Both the position numbers and the translations under genes were made by a program. The notes beneath the pieces were generated by a model that worked only from the letters and a program-made list of their open reading frames with translations, had not been told where the DNA came from and did no database searches. Of a stretch of DNA of 64,000 nt, positions 43,474-54,242 are shown piece after piece (position 1 is the stretch's first letter; every line of letters starts with the position of its first letter). Location: positions 13,517 to 77,516 of the forward strand of contig JAWXCN010000032.1 in assembly GCA_034408725.1 (NCBI GenBank), given 5' to 3'. Source of the stretch: Candidatus Hydrogenedentota bacterium (lineage in GTDB: Bacteria > Hydrogenedentota > Hydrogenedentia > Hydrogenedentales > SLHB01).

Positions 43474-45627
43474 ATGGCTAGTATGAACCGTCGAACATTT
43501 CTGAAGTCCTCCGCGTTGGTTGCTGGAGGGGCGTTTACGTTGCCCGCTGGCGCGGCGGAGGGCGTCGTGGCTTCATCAGTGCCGTGGTACAGGACCGCGT
43601 ATCGCCGCAATGTCATTGACATGCACATCGCGGATTGGAACCCGGAGTTTTTGTCGAAGTTTGAATCAGCGGCGTATGTCGAACGGTTGCGCACAGCGAA
43701 TGTGAAATCGGCGGTAGTATATGCGCATTCGCACGTCGGGCTTTGTTATTTTCCAACGAAGGTGGGGAAGACGCACGCGGCATATCAGGGCAAGGACCAC
43801 CTCGATCGCACCGTTGCAGGGTTGCGCAAGAACGGCATCGCCGTCGTCCTGTACATGAGCCTGATTCATGACACGTGGGCGTATCGCAATCACGATGACT
43901 GGAAAATTCTTCGCGCGGACGGCGCGGGCGCTTCGGAGGGTAGCCGTTACGGCATCTGTTGTCCAAACTCGCCGTATCGCGATTACATAGCGTCGCTCGC
44001 GACAGAAGTGTTCGAACAATTCGAGTTCGATGGTATCCGGTTCGACATGACGTTCTGGCCGCGGGTGTGCTATTGCTCGCACTGCAAGAAACGGTTCGCG
44101 GACGAAGCGGGCGGAGAACCTCCGCGCATTGTAAACTGGGACGACCCGAACTGGGTGAAGTTTCAACGCAAACGCGAGGCGTGGCTGGTCGAATTTGCGT
44201 CGCACATGACGCAGACGGTAAAAAAACTCAAGCCCGAAGCAACGGTCGAACATCAGGCTTCAACCTTTACGGCCAATTTCCGGTTGGGCGTGACTGAACC
44301 CCTCGCCGCGCAGAATGATTTCTTACAGGGCGACTTCTACGGCGATGCGGTGCAGGGTTCATTGATCCGCAAACTCTTTTACAATCTCAGTCCCAACCAA
44401 CCCTATGCATTTGAGACCAGCGTAATGCTGACTTTGCAAAACCATACTGCGCTCAAGCCCGAGTCCCTGCTCGAGGCCAAAGCGTCTGCTTGCATCGCCG
44501 ATGGCGGGGCGTTTGTGTTTATTGACGCCATCGACCCCGCGGGCACAATTCACGCCGCGCCGTACGAGGCGATGGATAGGGTGTTCGAGAAAACAAATCC
44601 CTACGAAGCGCATCTGGGTGGGGAACTGGTGCAGGACGTGGCGGTGTACTTGAGCACGGAATCGAAATTCGATCCCGCGCAGAACGGCAAGGACGTAGAG
44701 GACTACAGCGCCGAGGGCATGCCGCATATTGACGCACTGTTGGGCGCGTGCCGGGCGCTGCGCGCGAACCATATACCGTATGGCGTGATTACCAAGAAAG
44801 ACCTTGCGCGTCTTGATCGGCACAAAGTCCTGGTTCTGCCGAACGTTCTAATGATGGACGAAGAAGAAGTCGCGGCGATTCGCGCATGGGTGAACAACGG
44901 CGGCGCGTTGTATGCCAGTCGCGAGACCTCGCTTGCGGGAAAAGACGGCACGCGCTACACAGACTTTTTATTGTCAGACGTGCTGGGCGTTTCGATGACG
45001 GGTGTCACGGCGGAACGCGTGACGTATATGGCGCCGGTGGTCAAGGACATTTTTGGGCCGTACACGGCGGCATCCCCATTGATGGTCGGCGCGACGCAGC
45101 GCACGATTCGCGCGCATGAGAATGCGGAGGTGCTTGCGACAGTTGTCTTGCCGTACTCGAACCCGGACGATGCGGAACAGTTTGCATCGATACACAGCAA
45201 TCCGCCGGGTGTTCCGACAGAAAACCCGTGCGTGGTATTTCACAAATCGGATAAGGGCACAGCGATTTATGCCGCCGACGCTATTGAGGCGTATGAGTAC
45301 TGCGAAGCGACATTCATCAGGCTCCTGCGCAGGTTGGGGCAGAAATTTTCAATTGAAGCGGATGGCCCCGCATGTGTTGAGATTACAACCTTTCACCAGC
45401 CTGAACGAAATAGATTCGTAATCGGCGCGGTGAATTTTCAGCGGGACCTACCAAACATTCCTGTCGATGGTGTGCGTGTTCGTTTGGACCTTAATGGGCG
45501 CGCGTTGTCGGGAGTCGAGTTATTGCCCAAAGGTGAGGTGATCGAAGTTAGCGGACGCGATGGCCGCGTGGAAATCCCGCTTCCGCGCATCGAAACCTTG
45601 TGCATGGTAGCCGTCAAATACGGATGA
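43474..45627 (+). CDS. TAT-signal glycoside-hydrolase-like protein (GHL6/GH42-like; family tentative)
   Basis: MASMNRRTFLKSSALVAGGAFTLPAGAAEG is a twin-arginine signal. TIM-barrel-like segment VVYAHSHVGLCYFPT...GIAVVLYMSLIHD...FDGIRFDM. The C-terminal part resembles a beta-galactosidase trimerisation-type domain. This was judged by eye only. Confidence 0.5.
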   Translation: MASMNRRTFLKSSALVAGGAFTLPAGAAEGVVASSVPWYRTAYRRNVIDMHIADWNPEFLSKFESAAYVERLRTANVKSAVVYAHSHVGLCYFPTKVGKTHAAYQGKDHLDRTVAGLRKNGIAVVLYMSLIHDTWAYRNHDDWKILRADGAGASEGSRYGICCPNSPYRDYIASLATEVFEQFEFDGIRFDMTFWPRVCYCSHCKKRFADEAGGEPPRIVNWDDPNWVKFQRKREAWLVEFASHMTQTVKKLKPEATVEHQASTFTANFRLGVTEPLAAQNDFLQGDFYGDAVQGSLIRKLFYNLSPNQPYAFETSVMLTLQNHTALKPESLLEAKASACIADGGAFVFIDAIDPAGTIHAAPYEAMDRVFEKTNPYEAHLGGELVQDVAVYLSTESKFDPAQNGKDVEDYSAEGMPHIDALLGACRALRANHIPYGVITKKDLARLDRHKVLVLPNVLMMDEEEVAAIRAWVNNGGALYASRETSLAGKDGTRYTDFLLSDVLGVSMTGVTAERVTYMAPVVKDIFGPYTAASPLMVGATQRTIRAHENAEVLATVVLPYSNPDDAEQFASIHSNPPGVPTENPCVVFHKSDKGTAIYAADAIEAYEYCEATFIRLLRRLGQKFSIEADGPACVEITTFHQPERNRFVIGAVNFQRDLPNIPVDGVRVRLDLNGRALSGVELLPKGEVIEVSGRDGRVEIPLPRIETLCMVAVKYG

Positions 45628-45696
45628 ATCCTCGCCCCCGCGCATGCTACACTATTCCTTTCCGGTTGTGTGCCTAATTACTAAACAGGTTGCGTT

Positions 45697-46461
45697 ATGT
45701 CCGATCTTGTAAAGCAGTTGGTTGAAATGTCCCGGTATTTGGGCGATCCCTCGAAGGGGTACGCAATGCTGGGGGAGGGCAATACTTCCGCCCGGATCGA
45801 TACCGATTCGTTCTATGTGAAGGCGTCGGGCACAACATTGGCGACGATTGGCGCGGATGGCTTCGTCCGGCTCTCGATATCCAAGGTGTTGTCGATCATT
45901 GATGACGAGTCCGCGGGCGACGAAGATGTTACTAGGGTGTTCAAAGAGGCGCTCCTTACCGAAGGTGAAACGCGGCGTCCGTCCGTCGAGGCGATGCTTC
46001 ACGCCATTTTGCTTGGCATTCCTGAATACAGTTTTGTTGGGCACACCCATCCGATCTACACCAATGCAATTCTGTGTTCCATGCACGCGGAAGAAGCGGC
46101 CAATGGCCGGATTTTTCCGGACCATGTCGTTTCGATGAAACATAAATCCGTGTTTGTGCCGTACGTCGATCCGGGTTTGGTCTTGGCGCGCGAGGTGAAG
46201 CGGCGATTCGAGGAATTTGTCGAGCGCGAGGGCGTTCTGCCTTCCGCGATCATGATGCAGAACCACGGGTTGATCACAATGGGCTCGACGCCCAAAGCGG
46301 TGACAAGCTGCACCGACATGGCTGAGAAGGCATCACAAATTATCGTCGGCGCCTATGCCGTTGGCGGGCCGCGCTGGATGTCCCCGGAGGATGTAGCGCG
46401 AATCTTTACCCGTCCTGACGAACACTACCGTTTGCAAAACATTGCCGGCCGCAGGTCATAG
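45697..46461 (+). CDS. Class II aldolase/adducin family protein
   Basis: MLGEGNTSARID..FYVKASGTTL and FVGHTHPIYTNA, as in the aldolase half of bifunctional rhamnulose-1-phosphate aldolase/dehydrogenases. Confidence 0.8.
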   Translation: MSDLVKQLVEMSRYLGDPSKGYAMLGEGNTSARIDTDSFYVKASGTTLATIGADGFVRLSISKVLSIIDDESAGDEDVTRVFKEALLTEGETRRPSVEAMLHAILLGIPEYSFVGHTHPIYTNAILCSMHAEEAANGRIFPDHVVSMKHKSVFVPYVDPGLVLAREVKRRFEEFVEREGVLPSAIMMQNHGLITMGSTPKAVTSCTDMAEKASQIIVGAYAVGGPRWMSPEDVARIFTRPDEHYRLQNIAGRRS

Positions 46462-46474
46462 TGGAGGAAATACT

Positions 46475-48097
46475 GTGTCTTCATTGAAAGAATATCGTGC
46501 GGCAGAGGAACCACTGCCTCGCGAATACCAGGCGTGGCAGATTTTCGGATCGGGATTCGAAAACGTCGGCAAAGACGGCAAGCCCGTTACGCTGCCATTA
46601 CGCGAACCGGCAGACAATGAAGTGATGCTGCGCGTCGATGCGTTGGGGTTATGCCAGTCCGACATCAAAATCATCAGCCAGGGCAGCAAACATGCGCGCC
46701 TGCGAGGACGCGATCTCGCGACCGAACCGACTGTGCTTGGCCACGAATGCGCGGCGACGGTGGTGAAGGTCGGGAAGAATTGGGAGAATAAATTCAAGCC
46801 CGGCGAACGATTCATTGTTCAGGCGGATATTTATTACAAGGGCATTGGATACGCGTTCGGTTACTTGATCCCTGGTGGATTGGGACAATACTGCTATCTT
46901 GACGAACGTGCGCTCGATGGTGACGAAGGCTGCTATCTTCTTCCCGTGCGCCCCGACACGGGCTACAGCCAGGCCGCGTTGTCGGAGCCGTGGGCCTGCG
47001 TCGAGATGTCGTACAACCTGATCGAGCGGCTGGAACCCGGCGACGGCGCGGTGTTGATTGTGACTGACATCGAAGCCGACCAATGGCGCGCCGAGTTTCC
47101 AAAGGCGCATGTTGTTTCACGGAGTCTGCAAAACCTGCCGGCGGGCGAGTTCGACGATATAATTATCCCGATGCCCTCGCAGGAAATTGTGAATGCACTC
47201 GCGTCGCGTCTGCGAAAAAAAGGAATCATGTTCCTGTTGGGGATACCTTCGACGGATGATGCGGTGTCTTTGGACATTGGCCGTATACATTATGAAGACG
47301 TGCGCTACTACGGCGGCGGAACCGATCTCGGCTCAGTGAAGCAATCCAACGCGCGCCACGATTTGCAGCCTGGCGGTTCTGCGTTGTTCATGGGAGCCGG
47401 GGGGCCGATGGGGCAGATGCATGTGCAGCGCGCTATCGAGATTGCGAACGGCCCCGAGTTGGTCGTCGTGACAGACCTTGATCGCGGGCGACTGGATCAT
47501 ATCCAACGCCGGTTCGGCGATATTGCAAAACATCGTGGCGTCAAACTTGTGACGCTTGCGGCCAGCGAGTTCGATTCCGCCGAAGCTATGAACGCGCGCA
47601 TCGCCGGACTCGCCAAGGGCGGATACGATGATGTGGTCGTAATGGCGCCGGTAGCCAAGCTAGTTCCCCAGGCGATGGGATTCGCGGCGGACAACGCGGT
47701 GGTCAATGTATTTGCAGGCGTGGGCATTGGTTCGATGGCGGACATCGCACTGCGCGATCTGTGTCGGGGCATCAAGATTATTGGGTCGAGCGGCTCGCGC
47801 ATCAGCGATTTGCGCAAAGTGCTTGAGATGGTCGAGCGAAGCGAGTTGAACACCAACCTCAGCATCGCGGCCATTGGCGGGCTTGGCGCGGCGCGCGAGG
47901 GGCTCGAAGGAGTGAACACCGCGCGCTACCCCGGCAAGACCGTCATTTACCCGCAGATTCCAAACCTTCCTTTGATGCCGGTCGAGGAAGTGGAAGAGCG
48001 AATCCCGGAACTCAAAGGCAAGCTCGGCCCGCACGCGGCGTGGACGAAAGAAGCCGAGCAGGCGTTGCTGGAGAAATATGTCAATGGCGCGTCTTGA
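46475..48097 (+). CDS. Zinc-type medium-chain alcohol/polyol dehydrogenase
   Basis: Lies within ORF 46442..48097. The GTG at 46475 is 7 nt after GGAGG. Motifs are GLCQSDIKI and VLGHECAATVVKVG. The Rossmann motif is ALFMGAGGPMG. Confidence 0.8.
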   Translation: MSSLKEYRAAEEPLPREYQAWQIFGSGFENVGKDGKPVTLPLREPADNEVMLRVDALGLCQSDIKIISQGSKHARLRGRDLATEPTVLGHECAATVVKVGKNWENKFKPGERFIVQADIYYKGIGYAFGYLIPGGLGQYCYLDERALDGDEGCYLLPVRPDTGYSQAALSEPWACVEMSYNLIERLEPGDGAVLIVTDIEADQWRAEFPKAHVVSRSLQNLPAGEFDDIIIPMPSQEIVNALASRLRKKGIMFLLGIPSTDDAVSLDIGRIHYEDVRYYGGGTDLGSVKQSNARHDLQPGGSALFMGAGGPMGQMHVQRAIEIANGPELVVVTDLDRGRLDHIQRRFGDIAKHRGVKLVTLAASEFDSAEAMNARIAGLAKGGYDDVVVMAPVAKLVPQAMGFAADNAVVNVFAGVGIGSMADIALRDLCRGIKIIGSSGSRISDLRKVLEMVERSELNTNLSIAAIGGLGAAREGLEGVNTARYPGKTVIYPQIPNLPLMPVEEVEERIPELKGKLGPHAAWTKEAEQALLEKYVNGAS

Positions 48098-48872
48098 GGG
48101 CAAACGCGCAATTGTTACTGGCGGCGCGCAGGGTTTGGGCGAAGCGATAGTCCATCGTCTCGCAAGTGAAGGGTGTTCCGTCGCAATTTGGGACATCAAC
48201 GCGGACAAGTCGAACGAAGCCGCGGCGCGTATTGCAAATGACACGGGGCGAACGGTAATCGGCGCCCAGGTGGATGTATGCGACGCAGCGGCCGCGCGCA
48301 ATGCGATGGACGATGCGGCGGCGCGGCTCGGAGGACTTGAAGTGTTTGTATCGAACGCGGGCATTTTGAAATCCGGTGATTCAATCACGTTCGAGGTCGA
48401 GCATTGGCGGCGTGTAATTGACGTGAACCTTACTGGCTATTTCATCTGTGCTCGCGAGGCCGCGCGCGTGATGGTGCAGGGCGGTAGCGGGTCCATCATT
48501 CAGATCAATTCCAAATCCGGCAAGAAGGGCAGCTTCAAGAACTGCGCATACGCCGCGTCGAAGTTTGGCGGCATCGGCGTCACGCAAAGTCTGGCATTGG
48601 AATTCGCGGAACACGGCGTGCGCGTGAACTCGATTTGTCCCGGAAATCTGCTCGATTCGCCGCTGTGGAAAGACAGCCTTTTCAAACAGTATGCCGCGAA
48701 CCAGGGCATCAGCGAAAACGAAGTGCGGAAAAAATACGTGGACCAGGTGCCGATGAAACGGCCATGCACGTATCACGACGTGACGAATGTGGTGATGTTT
48801 CTTGCATCCGACGACTCGTCGTACATGACCGGACAAGCGATAAACGTCACTGGCGGGCAGGAGATGCGGTAG
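48078..48872 (+). CDS. Short-chain dehydrogenase/reductase (sorbitol-6-P dehydrogenase-like)
   Basis: TGGAQGLG cofactor motif, NAG, and the catalytic YAASKFGG (YxxxK). The alternative ATG is at 48084. Confidence 0.88.
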   Translation: MSMARLEGKRAIVTGGAQGLGEAIVHRLASEGCSVAIWDINADKSNEAAARIANDTGRTVIGAQVDVCDAAAARNAMDDAAARLGGLEVFVSNAGILKSGDSITFEVEHWRRVIDVNLTGYFICAREAARVMVQGGSGSIIQINSKSGKKGSFKNCAYAASKFGGIGVTQSLALEFAEHGVRVNSICPGNLLDSPLWKDSLFKQYAANQGISENEVRKKYVDQVPMKRPCTYHDVTNVVMFLASDDSSYMTGQAINVTGGQEMR

Positions 48873-48982
48873 CGAACGGGACTGTCACCGCCGCGGTGGC
48901 TGTCCCGGTTTTGGTGTTGACTGGCGGTGGTGTGGCAAAGCGGTGACAGCCACCGCGGCGGTGACAGTCCCCGGGGGGTGCG

Positions 48983-50581
48983 ATGCCGGACACGCGATAC
49001 GTACTTGCCATTGATCTCGGCACGGGCGGGCCCAAGGTTGCGCTCGTGTCAACGCGCGGCGAAATTTTTGCCCACGAAACCGAAGACCTTTCCATTACTT
49101 TCCTCGAAGATGGCGGCGCGGAACAGGATGCGCGCGACTGGTGGGATTCGATTGTGCGCGCGACGCGCCGGATTCTCGCACGCACCAGCATTCCACGCGA
49201 AAATATCATCGCCGCGAGCGTGACCACGCAATGGTCGTTGACCGTCCCGGTCGATAAAAACGGCGAACCTCTGATGAATGCCATTTGTTGGATGGACACG
49301 CGCGGCGCGCGGTATTGCAGGGCGTTGAAAGACGGTCTCGTGAAAATCGCGGGTTGCGAAGTGACGCGCTTGATTCGATGGCTGCGACTCACCGGTGGAT
49401 GCCCCACTGACACCGGGTTCGATTCCCTCGCGCATGTCCTGTTTATCAAGAACGAACGCCCCGATGTTTACAAGGCCACGTATAAATTTCTTGAGCCGAT
49501 GGATTACATCAATCTACGGCTGACGGGAAAGTTTGCGGCGTGTTATAGCGGCGTGTTTTCGTTGTGGCTCGCGGACACGAGAGACATTGGCAAATTGAAA
49601 TATGACGAAGGGTTGCTGCGGCTGGCCGGATTGGACCGCGAAAAGTTCGCGGAACTGACGCCGCCATTAACGGTTTTGGGGACAATTACTCCGGGCGCGG
49701 CTGAGGAACTTGGGTTGCACACCGGCGTTCAGGTGATCATCGGCACGGGAGACAACCATTCCGCGACGGTCGGCTCTGGCGCGACCCGGGACTACGAGGG
49801 GCACTGCTACGTTGGCACAACGTCATGGTTGTCCGCGCATGTGCCGTTCAAGAAAATTGATATCTTCCATTTGATCACCTCGATGCCGGCGGCTGTTCCT
49901 GGAAGAAATATCGTGCTGGCGCAGCAGGGCACCGGTGGTGAATGCTTCAAATTCCTGAAAGAAAATATTCTGTATCGCGACGATGTGTGCGCCACCGGGT
50001 CCGCTCCAGAGGACGCATACGAGCGGATGAACGAGCTGGCGAAGACGGCGCCACCGGGGAGCGATGGCCTGATGTTTACCCCATTTCTCACGGGTGCCAT
50101 GACGCCCATTAACGAGCGGCACACCCGCAGCGCGTTTGTGAACCAGTCCTTGAGCACGAACCGCGCGCATTACGTGCGCGCGGTAATGGAAGGCGTCGCG
50201 TTTAACCTGCGGTGGCTGCTGCCGTATGTTGAAAAGTTCATTGGCCGGCGATTCGAATCGCTCAACTATATTGGCGGCGGCGCGCAATCGGGCACTTGGT
50301 GCCAGATTATGGCGGATGTGCTGGATCGGCCCATTCATCAGATGGCCGAGCCGCGGCAGGCGAATGTTCGTGGCGCGGGGTTGCTGGCGTCGCTTGCGCT
50401 TGGAATCATTCGGATGGACGAGGTTCCTGGGCTTGTGCCGGTAATGAACACGTTTGCGCCAAATGCGGAGAATCGCGGGATATATGATGAAATGGCGCGG
50501 GAGTTTATCAAGTTTTCTACGCGGAACCGGGGCATGTACAGAAGACTGAATCGGGATGGCGGGCAATTCGCGAAGAAATGA
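48983..50581 (+). CDS. FGGY-family carbohydrate kinase (xylulokinase-like)
   Basis: YVLAIDLGTGGPKVALV, GTGDNHSATVGSG and YIGGGAQSGTWCQIMADV. Confidence 0.88.
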   Translation: MPDTRYVLAIDLGTGGPKVALVSTRGEIFAHETEDLSITFLEDGGAEQDARDWWDSIVRATRRILARTSIPRENIIAASVTTQWSLTVPVDKNGEPLMNAICWMDTRGARYCRALKDGLVKIAGCEVTRLIRWLRLTGGCPTDTGFDSLAHVLFIKNERPDVYKATYKFLEPMDYINLRLTGKFAACYSGVFSLWLADTRDIGKLKYDEGLLRLAGLDREKFAELTPPLTVLGTITPGAAEELGLHTGVQVIIGTGDNHSATVGSGATRDYEGHCYVGTTSWLSAHVPFKKIDIFHLITSMPAAVPGRNIVLAQQGTGGECFKFLKENILYRDDVCATGSAPEDAYERMNELAKTAPPGSDGLMFTPFLTGAMTPINERHTRSAFVNQSLSTNRAHYVRAVMEGVAFNLRWLLPYVEKFIGRRFESLNYIGGGAQSGTWCQIMADVLDRPIHQMAEPRQANVRGAGLLASLALGIIRMDEVPGLVPVMNTFAPNAENRGIYDEMAREFIKFSTRNRGMYRRLNRDGGQFAKK

Positions 50582-50605
50582 AGATGAAAGTGAATAAGAA
50601 TCCGG

Positions 50606-50661
50606 TTACGATTACAAGTACGACACGACAGACAAGTCCGAGTAGGAAAACGAGCAGGAGC
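50606..50661 (+). repeat. Degenerate ACGANN hexamer tract with AAGTCCGAGTAGGA tail
   Basis: TTACGATTACAAGTACGACACGACAGACAAGTCCGAGTAGGAAAACGAGCAGGAGC. The tail matches AAGTCCGATTAGGA at 39103-39116. Confidence 0.65.
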
Positions 50662-50717
50662 CTGACCACTGCGCTCCTTGCTTTCTGGATTTACTCGATC
50701 AATTTGGAGAACTGGTG

Positions 50718-52139
50718 ATGGCAATTGTTGAAAAATCCGGCCCCGTCGATCTCGAGCAGAAGCTGCATCCGTACCGGGGAAAATTCAGCAGCTATACTCA
50801 ACTTCCGAAATCGGGACGCGACCGCGCCGATATTCTCGAAGAAATGCGGAAGGTCGTTGCGCTCGAGGAAAACCGATGGCGCGAGGGCTACGCATCTGGT
50901 TCTGTTTACCACGGCGACAAGGAACACATCGATTTCCTCAATGAAGTCTATGCGCTCAATTCCCAGTCGAACCAGTTGCATGCAGACCTGTGGCCCAGCG
51001 CGTTCAAGTATGAGGCCGAAATTGTCTCAATGACCGCACACATGCTGAACGGCGGTTCCCCGGACGCCCCAGTGGGCAGCGAGAATGGCGTGTGCGGCTG
51101 CGTATCGTCCGGCGGTACGGAAAGCATCATGCTCGCGATGAAGACGTACCGCGACTGGGGCCGCGCCGTGAAAGGGATCACGCAACCGGAGATGGTGCTC
51201 CCCATTTCCGCGCATCCCGCGTTTGACAAGGCGGCGCAGTATTTTTGCATCAAGCAGGTGAAGGTTCCGATTGACGATTCGTTTCGTGCTGACGTGAATG
51301 CGATGGCGGCAGCCATTACTCCCAACACGATCGTGATGATCGGTTCGGCGCCCAATTTTCCGTATGGCACGATCGATCCTATTGTGGAACTGGCCGCAGC
51401 CGCACAGAAACACGGCGTGGGATTTCACACTGATTCTTGCCTTGGCGGATTTCTGCTGCCGTGGGCCGAGAAATTGGGCTATCCCGTCCCCGCATTCGAT
51501 TTTCGGGTGCCAGGCGTGACATCGATGTCCTGCGATACGCACAAATACGGGTATGCGGCGAAAGGCACGTCGGTTGTGCTGTATCGTGGAATGGAATTGC
51601 GCCGCTACCAATACTTCACGACATCCGACTGGCCGGGGGGGTTGTATCATTCACCGACATTCGCGGGTAGCAGACCCGGCGGTCTCAGCGCGGCGTGTTG
51701 GGCATCAATGGTTTCGATGGGAGAAGAAGGCTATTTGCGCGCCGTCATGTCGATTCTCTCGGCGGTCGATACGATGAAGAAGGGCATCCAGTCAATTCCT
51801 GAATTACAATTGATGGGCGAATCCGTGGGCGTATTCGCGTTTGGCTCGAACGGGGTTAACGCCTATGAATTGCTCGACGCGATGTCCGCGCGCAGTTGGG
51901 CGTTGACAGGGTTGCAGCACCCCGCGGGCATTCACGTTAGCCCGACGTTGCGCCACGCCCAACCAGGCGTCGCGGAACGGTTCGTCAGCGATTTACGAGA
52001 GGCCGTTGCACAGGTGAAAGCGAATCCGAATCCGGATGGCGGCATGGCGCCGATTTATGGATTGGCAACGACAGTGCCGGACCGCAGGGTGGTGCACGAT
52101 TTGTTGAAGAGTTTTATGGATATGTACTACCAGGTGTAA
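50718..52139 (+). CDS. PLP-dependent decarboxylase-fold enzyme, sphingosine-1-phosphate-lyase-like
   Basis: Lies within ORF 50715..52139 (GTG), with the ATG at 50718. Motifs are [14 protein letters not shown] and the PLP-lysine context [16 protein letters not shown]. The overall pattern resembles bacterial S1P-lyase homologs. Confidence 0.7.
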   Translation: MAIVEKSGPVDLEQKLHPYRGKFSSYTQLPKSGRDRADILEEMRKVVALEENRWREGYASGSVYHGDKEHIDFLNEVYALNSQSNQLHADLWPSAFKYEAEIVSMTAHMLNGGSPDAPVGSENGVCGCVSSGGTESIMLAMKTYRDWGRAVKGITQPEMVLPISAHPAFDKAAQYFCIKQVKVPIDDSFRADVNAMAAAITPNTIVMIGSAPNFPYGTIDPIVELAAAAQKHGVGFHTDSCLGGFLLPWAEKLGYPVPAFDFRVPGVTSMSCDTHKYGYAAKGTSVVLYRGMELRRYQYFTTSDWPGGLYHSPTFAGSRPGGLSAACWASMVSMGEEGYLRAVMSILSAVDTMKKGIQSIPELQLMGESVGVFAFGSNGVNAYELLDAMSARSWALTGLQHPAGIHVSPTLRHAQPGVAERFVSDLREAVAQVKANPNPDGGMAPIYGLATTVPDRRVVHDLLKSFMDMYYQV

Positions 52140-52172
52140 TCTGCACCGTCAGCTCCATACTGGAGAATCGCC

Positions 52173-54092
52173 TTAATTACGAAGTGTGAATGAGTCGCTG
52201 TTGTCGAGAATCGAGGAATCAGCGACTGATGAGACACGCACAAAGTAACCGCCGCCGGTCGCGAGTCCCAATGGTATGTTCCATGCGACTTTTCCATCAT
52301 TCTTCGTGTTCGTCTTGATTGTTTGGACGAAGTCCCCGTTCAAATACAAGGCAACTTTAACTGTCGCTCCGATATTTCCCTCCGAGTTCCATTTGATCCT
52401 TTTTTTCGTTCCGACACGCCAGGACTTTTCAGAATTCGGGACCGTGACTTCAACGCTCCCGTCAATTGTTGTATCCGGGTTTAGATACTGCTCGATCAGC
52501 GGATAGCTGACATCGAAACGTCCGTAGTAGTCGAGTTTGTCTTGCGCCGTACACGACGACGGCCCGCCCCAGAGTTGGCCGATGACTTGTTGAGTGCTTT
52601 CGATGAACAAGGGGGAGCCGGACGAGCCTGGTTCCGTCACGCCAAGATTCGGCCGCCACGTGGACTGGTGGTAACGGGTGCGCGGGCGAATGTCCAACAA
52701 CGATTCGCTAACGTTTGTCACGTCTCCAAAAGTCAGGCGTTTAAAATCCCCACTCGGATGGTGTACGCAAGTCGTTGGCGTTCCAATTCCAGCCGCCGCG
52801 CTCGCCCAACCCAGATAGTTCACGCCCGCGGGAACGTTGTTATTTAGCCGCAAGAGCACGAAATCCGTGCCTGTGCTCGCGTTCGTAGTCGCAAGCAATT
52901 CCGCGCCGCCCGTAGTGCGAGGCACGGACGACAGGTTTGGAGGCGCGCCATTGCAGGACGCCGTCTGGTACAGCCAATAGACTTCAATATTGGATGCGCT
53001 CCCCTGCGTGCCGACGCAATGGTTTGCCGTCAGGAAGTAGGGCTCGTTGGTGCTGGCGTCAGTGTCCGCCAACAGACTGCCGGTACACCAGATACTTCCC
53101 GATGCGCCAATACTTCCAATCCCGGCCACCCCTTTGGCAGCTTCGGCCCACGCGGAGTAGCATGCGATGTCGAGGTTGCATGAACCCGCGCCCTTCGCCA
53201 TCGCGAGCATGCCAAACGGAACGTAATTGTGGGTAACGCGATCAATGGTGAGGCGCACCGCGCCGAGGTCGGCGCTATCGGGAACATAGCATTCGACGAC
53301 AACCGATTCACCGAACACTGTGGCGCTCCACAAATCGTCCGCATCCGGCGCCGGCCCAAAATAGGGGCCGTAGGCCTCCTGCGCATCGTCGCCGTTGTAC
53401 ACCACGACTCGAGCGCCGACGGGTAATGTTAGGTCGGAAAAATGTACCCGCATGCCAAGCGCGTCGGGGGAAAGCATGGCAAACGACCACAAAGACCCGC
53501 CTCCCGCGACCGGCGCCCATGAACCTGAGGATACCGTCACGCCAGTTACTACCACGGGTTCTAGCAAGTCCAGGAATACGCCGATACGGGTCGCGCCTTT
53601 TCCCTCATCCGTGCGAAGTTTGTCCTCACGCGCGATCTGTGCCCAATCGATTTCCGGCAGGATTGTCCCGCCGCGAGGGCTGATGGATTTCGCGACACCC
53701 ACAGGAGTTGGCGTCGACGGAAGCCATTTCGTATCCGACGCGGGCGTTTCTCCGATTTTTCCGGCAGGAGGCAGGTCCCAATTCTTGGGGTGAATTCCCA
53801 GGGCGGCGACTTCAGCCGCCCGGAGCAGGTTGCCTTCTCCGTCGCTGTAAAGATCGAAAGGAGCGCTTCCAGCGGGCTTTACGTGATAACCTGTTACAAA
53901 CTGGTCCGAACCGTCGTGCGCGCGCTCGCTCCAAGAGAGCAGGACCGTATGCTCGGATGCCGGGTATCCCTCGGCGCTCAGAAATTCTTCGGCGTCTGGA
54001 AATTGGACGTCTGAGCACGATTCACACGGAGGTTCTGCCTGCGTCGGGAGTACGAGGATTGAAACAAGTAGCGCGAAAACAATTGCTCGCAT
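52173..54092 (-). CDS. Secreted trypsin-fold (S1) serine endopeptidase with C-terminal Ig-like (Kre9/KNH-like) domain
   Basis: Signal peptide MRAIVFALLVSILVLPTQAEP. The catalytic His is in FLTANHCV, the Asp in TDFVLLRL and the Ser in EPGSSGSPLF. The C-terminus is SWRVGTKKRIKWNSEGNIGATVKVALY...GGYFVRVSS. Confidence 0.8.
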   Translation of the reverse strand: MRAIVFALLVSILVLPTQAEPPCESCSDVQFPDAEEFLSAEGYPASEHTVLLSWSERAHDGSDQFVTGYHVKPAGSAPFDLYSDGEGNLLRAAEVAALGIHPKNWDLPPAGKIGETPASDTKWLPSTPTPVGVAKSISPRGGTILPEIDWAQIAREDKLRTDEGKGATRIGVFLDLLEPVVVTGVTVSSGSWAPVAGGGSLWSFAMLSPDALGMRVHFSDLTLPVGARVVVYNGDDAQEAYGPYFGPAPDADDLWSATVFGESVVVECYVPDSADLGAVRLTIDRVTHNYVPFGMLAMAKGAGSCNLDIACYSAWAEAAKGVAGIGSIGASGSIWCTGSLLADTDASTNEPYFLTANHCVGTQGSASNIEVYWLYQTASCNGAPPNLSSVPRTTGGAELLATTNASTGTDFVLLRLNNNVPAGVNYLGWASAAAGIGTPTTCVHHPSGDFKRLTFGDVTNVSESLLDIRPRTRYHQSTWRPNLGVTEPGSSGSPLFIESTQQVIGQLWGGPSSCTAQDKLDYYGRFDVSYPLIEQYLNPDTTIDGSVEVTVPNSEKSWRVGTKKRIKWNSEGNIGATVKVALYLNGDFVQTIKTNTKNDGKVAWNIPLGLATGGGYFVRVSSVADSSILDNSDSFTLRN

Positions 54093-54242
54093 TAAATCCG
54101 TCCTATGCCCGCTGCCTTGCGCGAGGCACGGCAGTTAGTGCCGAATAATCAGTTGTGCCACTGACAATTGTACCTAATCTCATTGACATTATTACAAATA
54201 CAAAAACCGCACTAAATACATAAAACACTACGCCGTATATAG

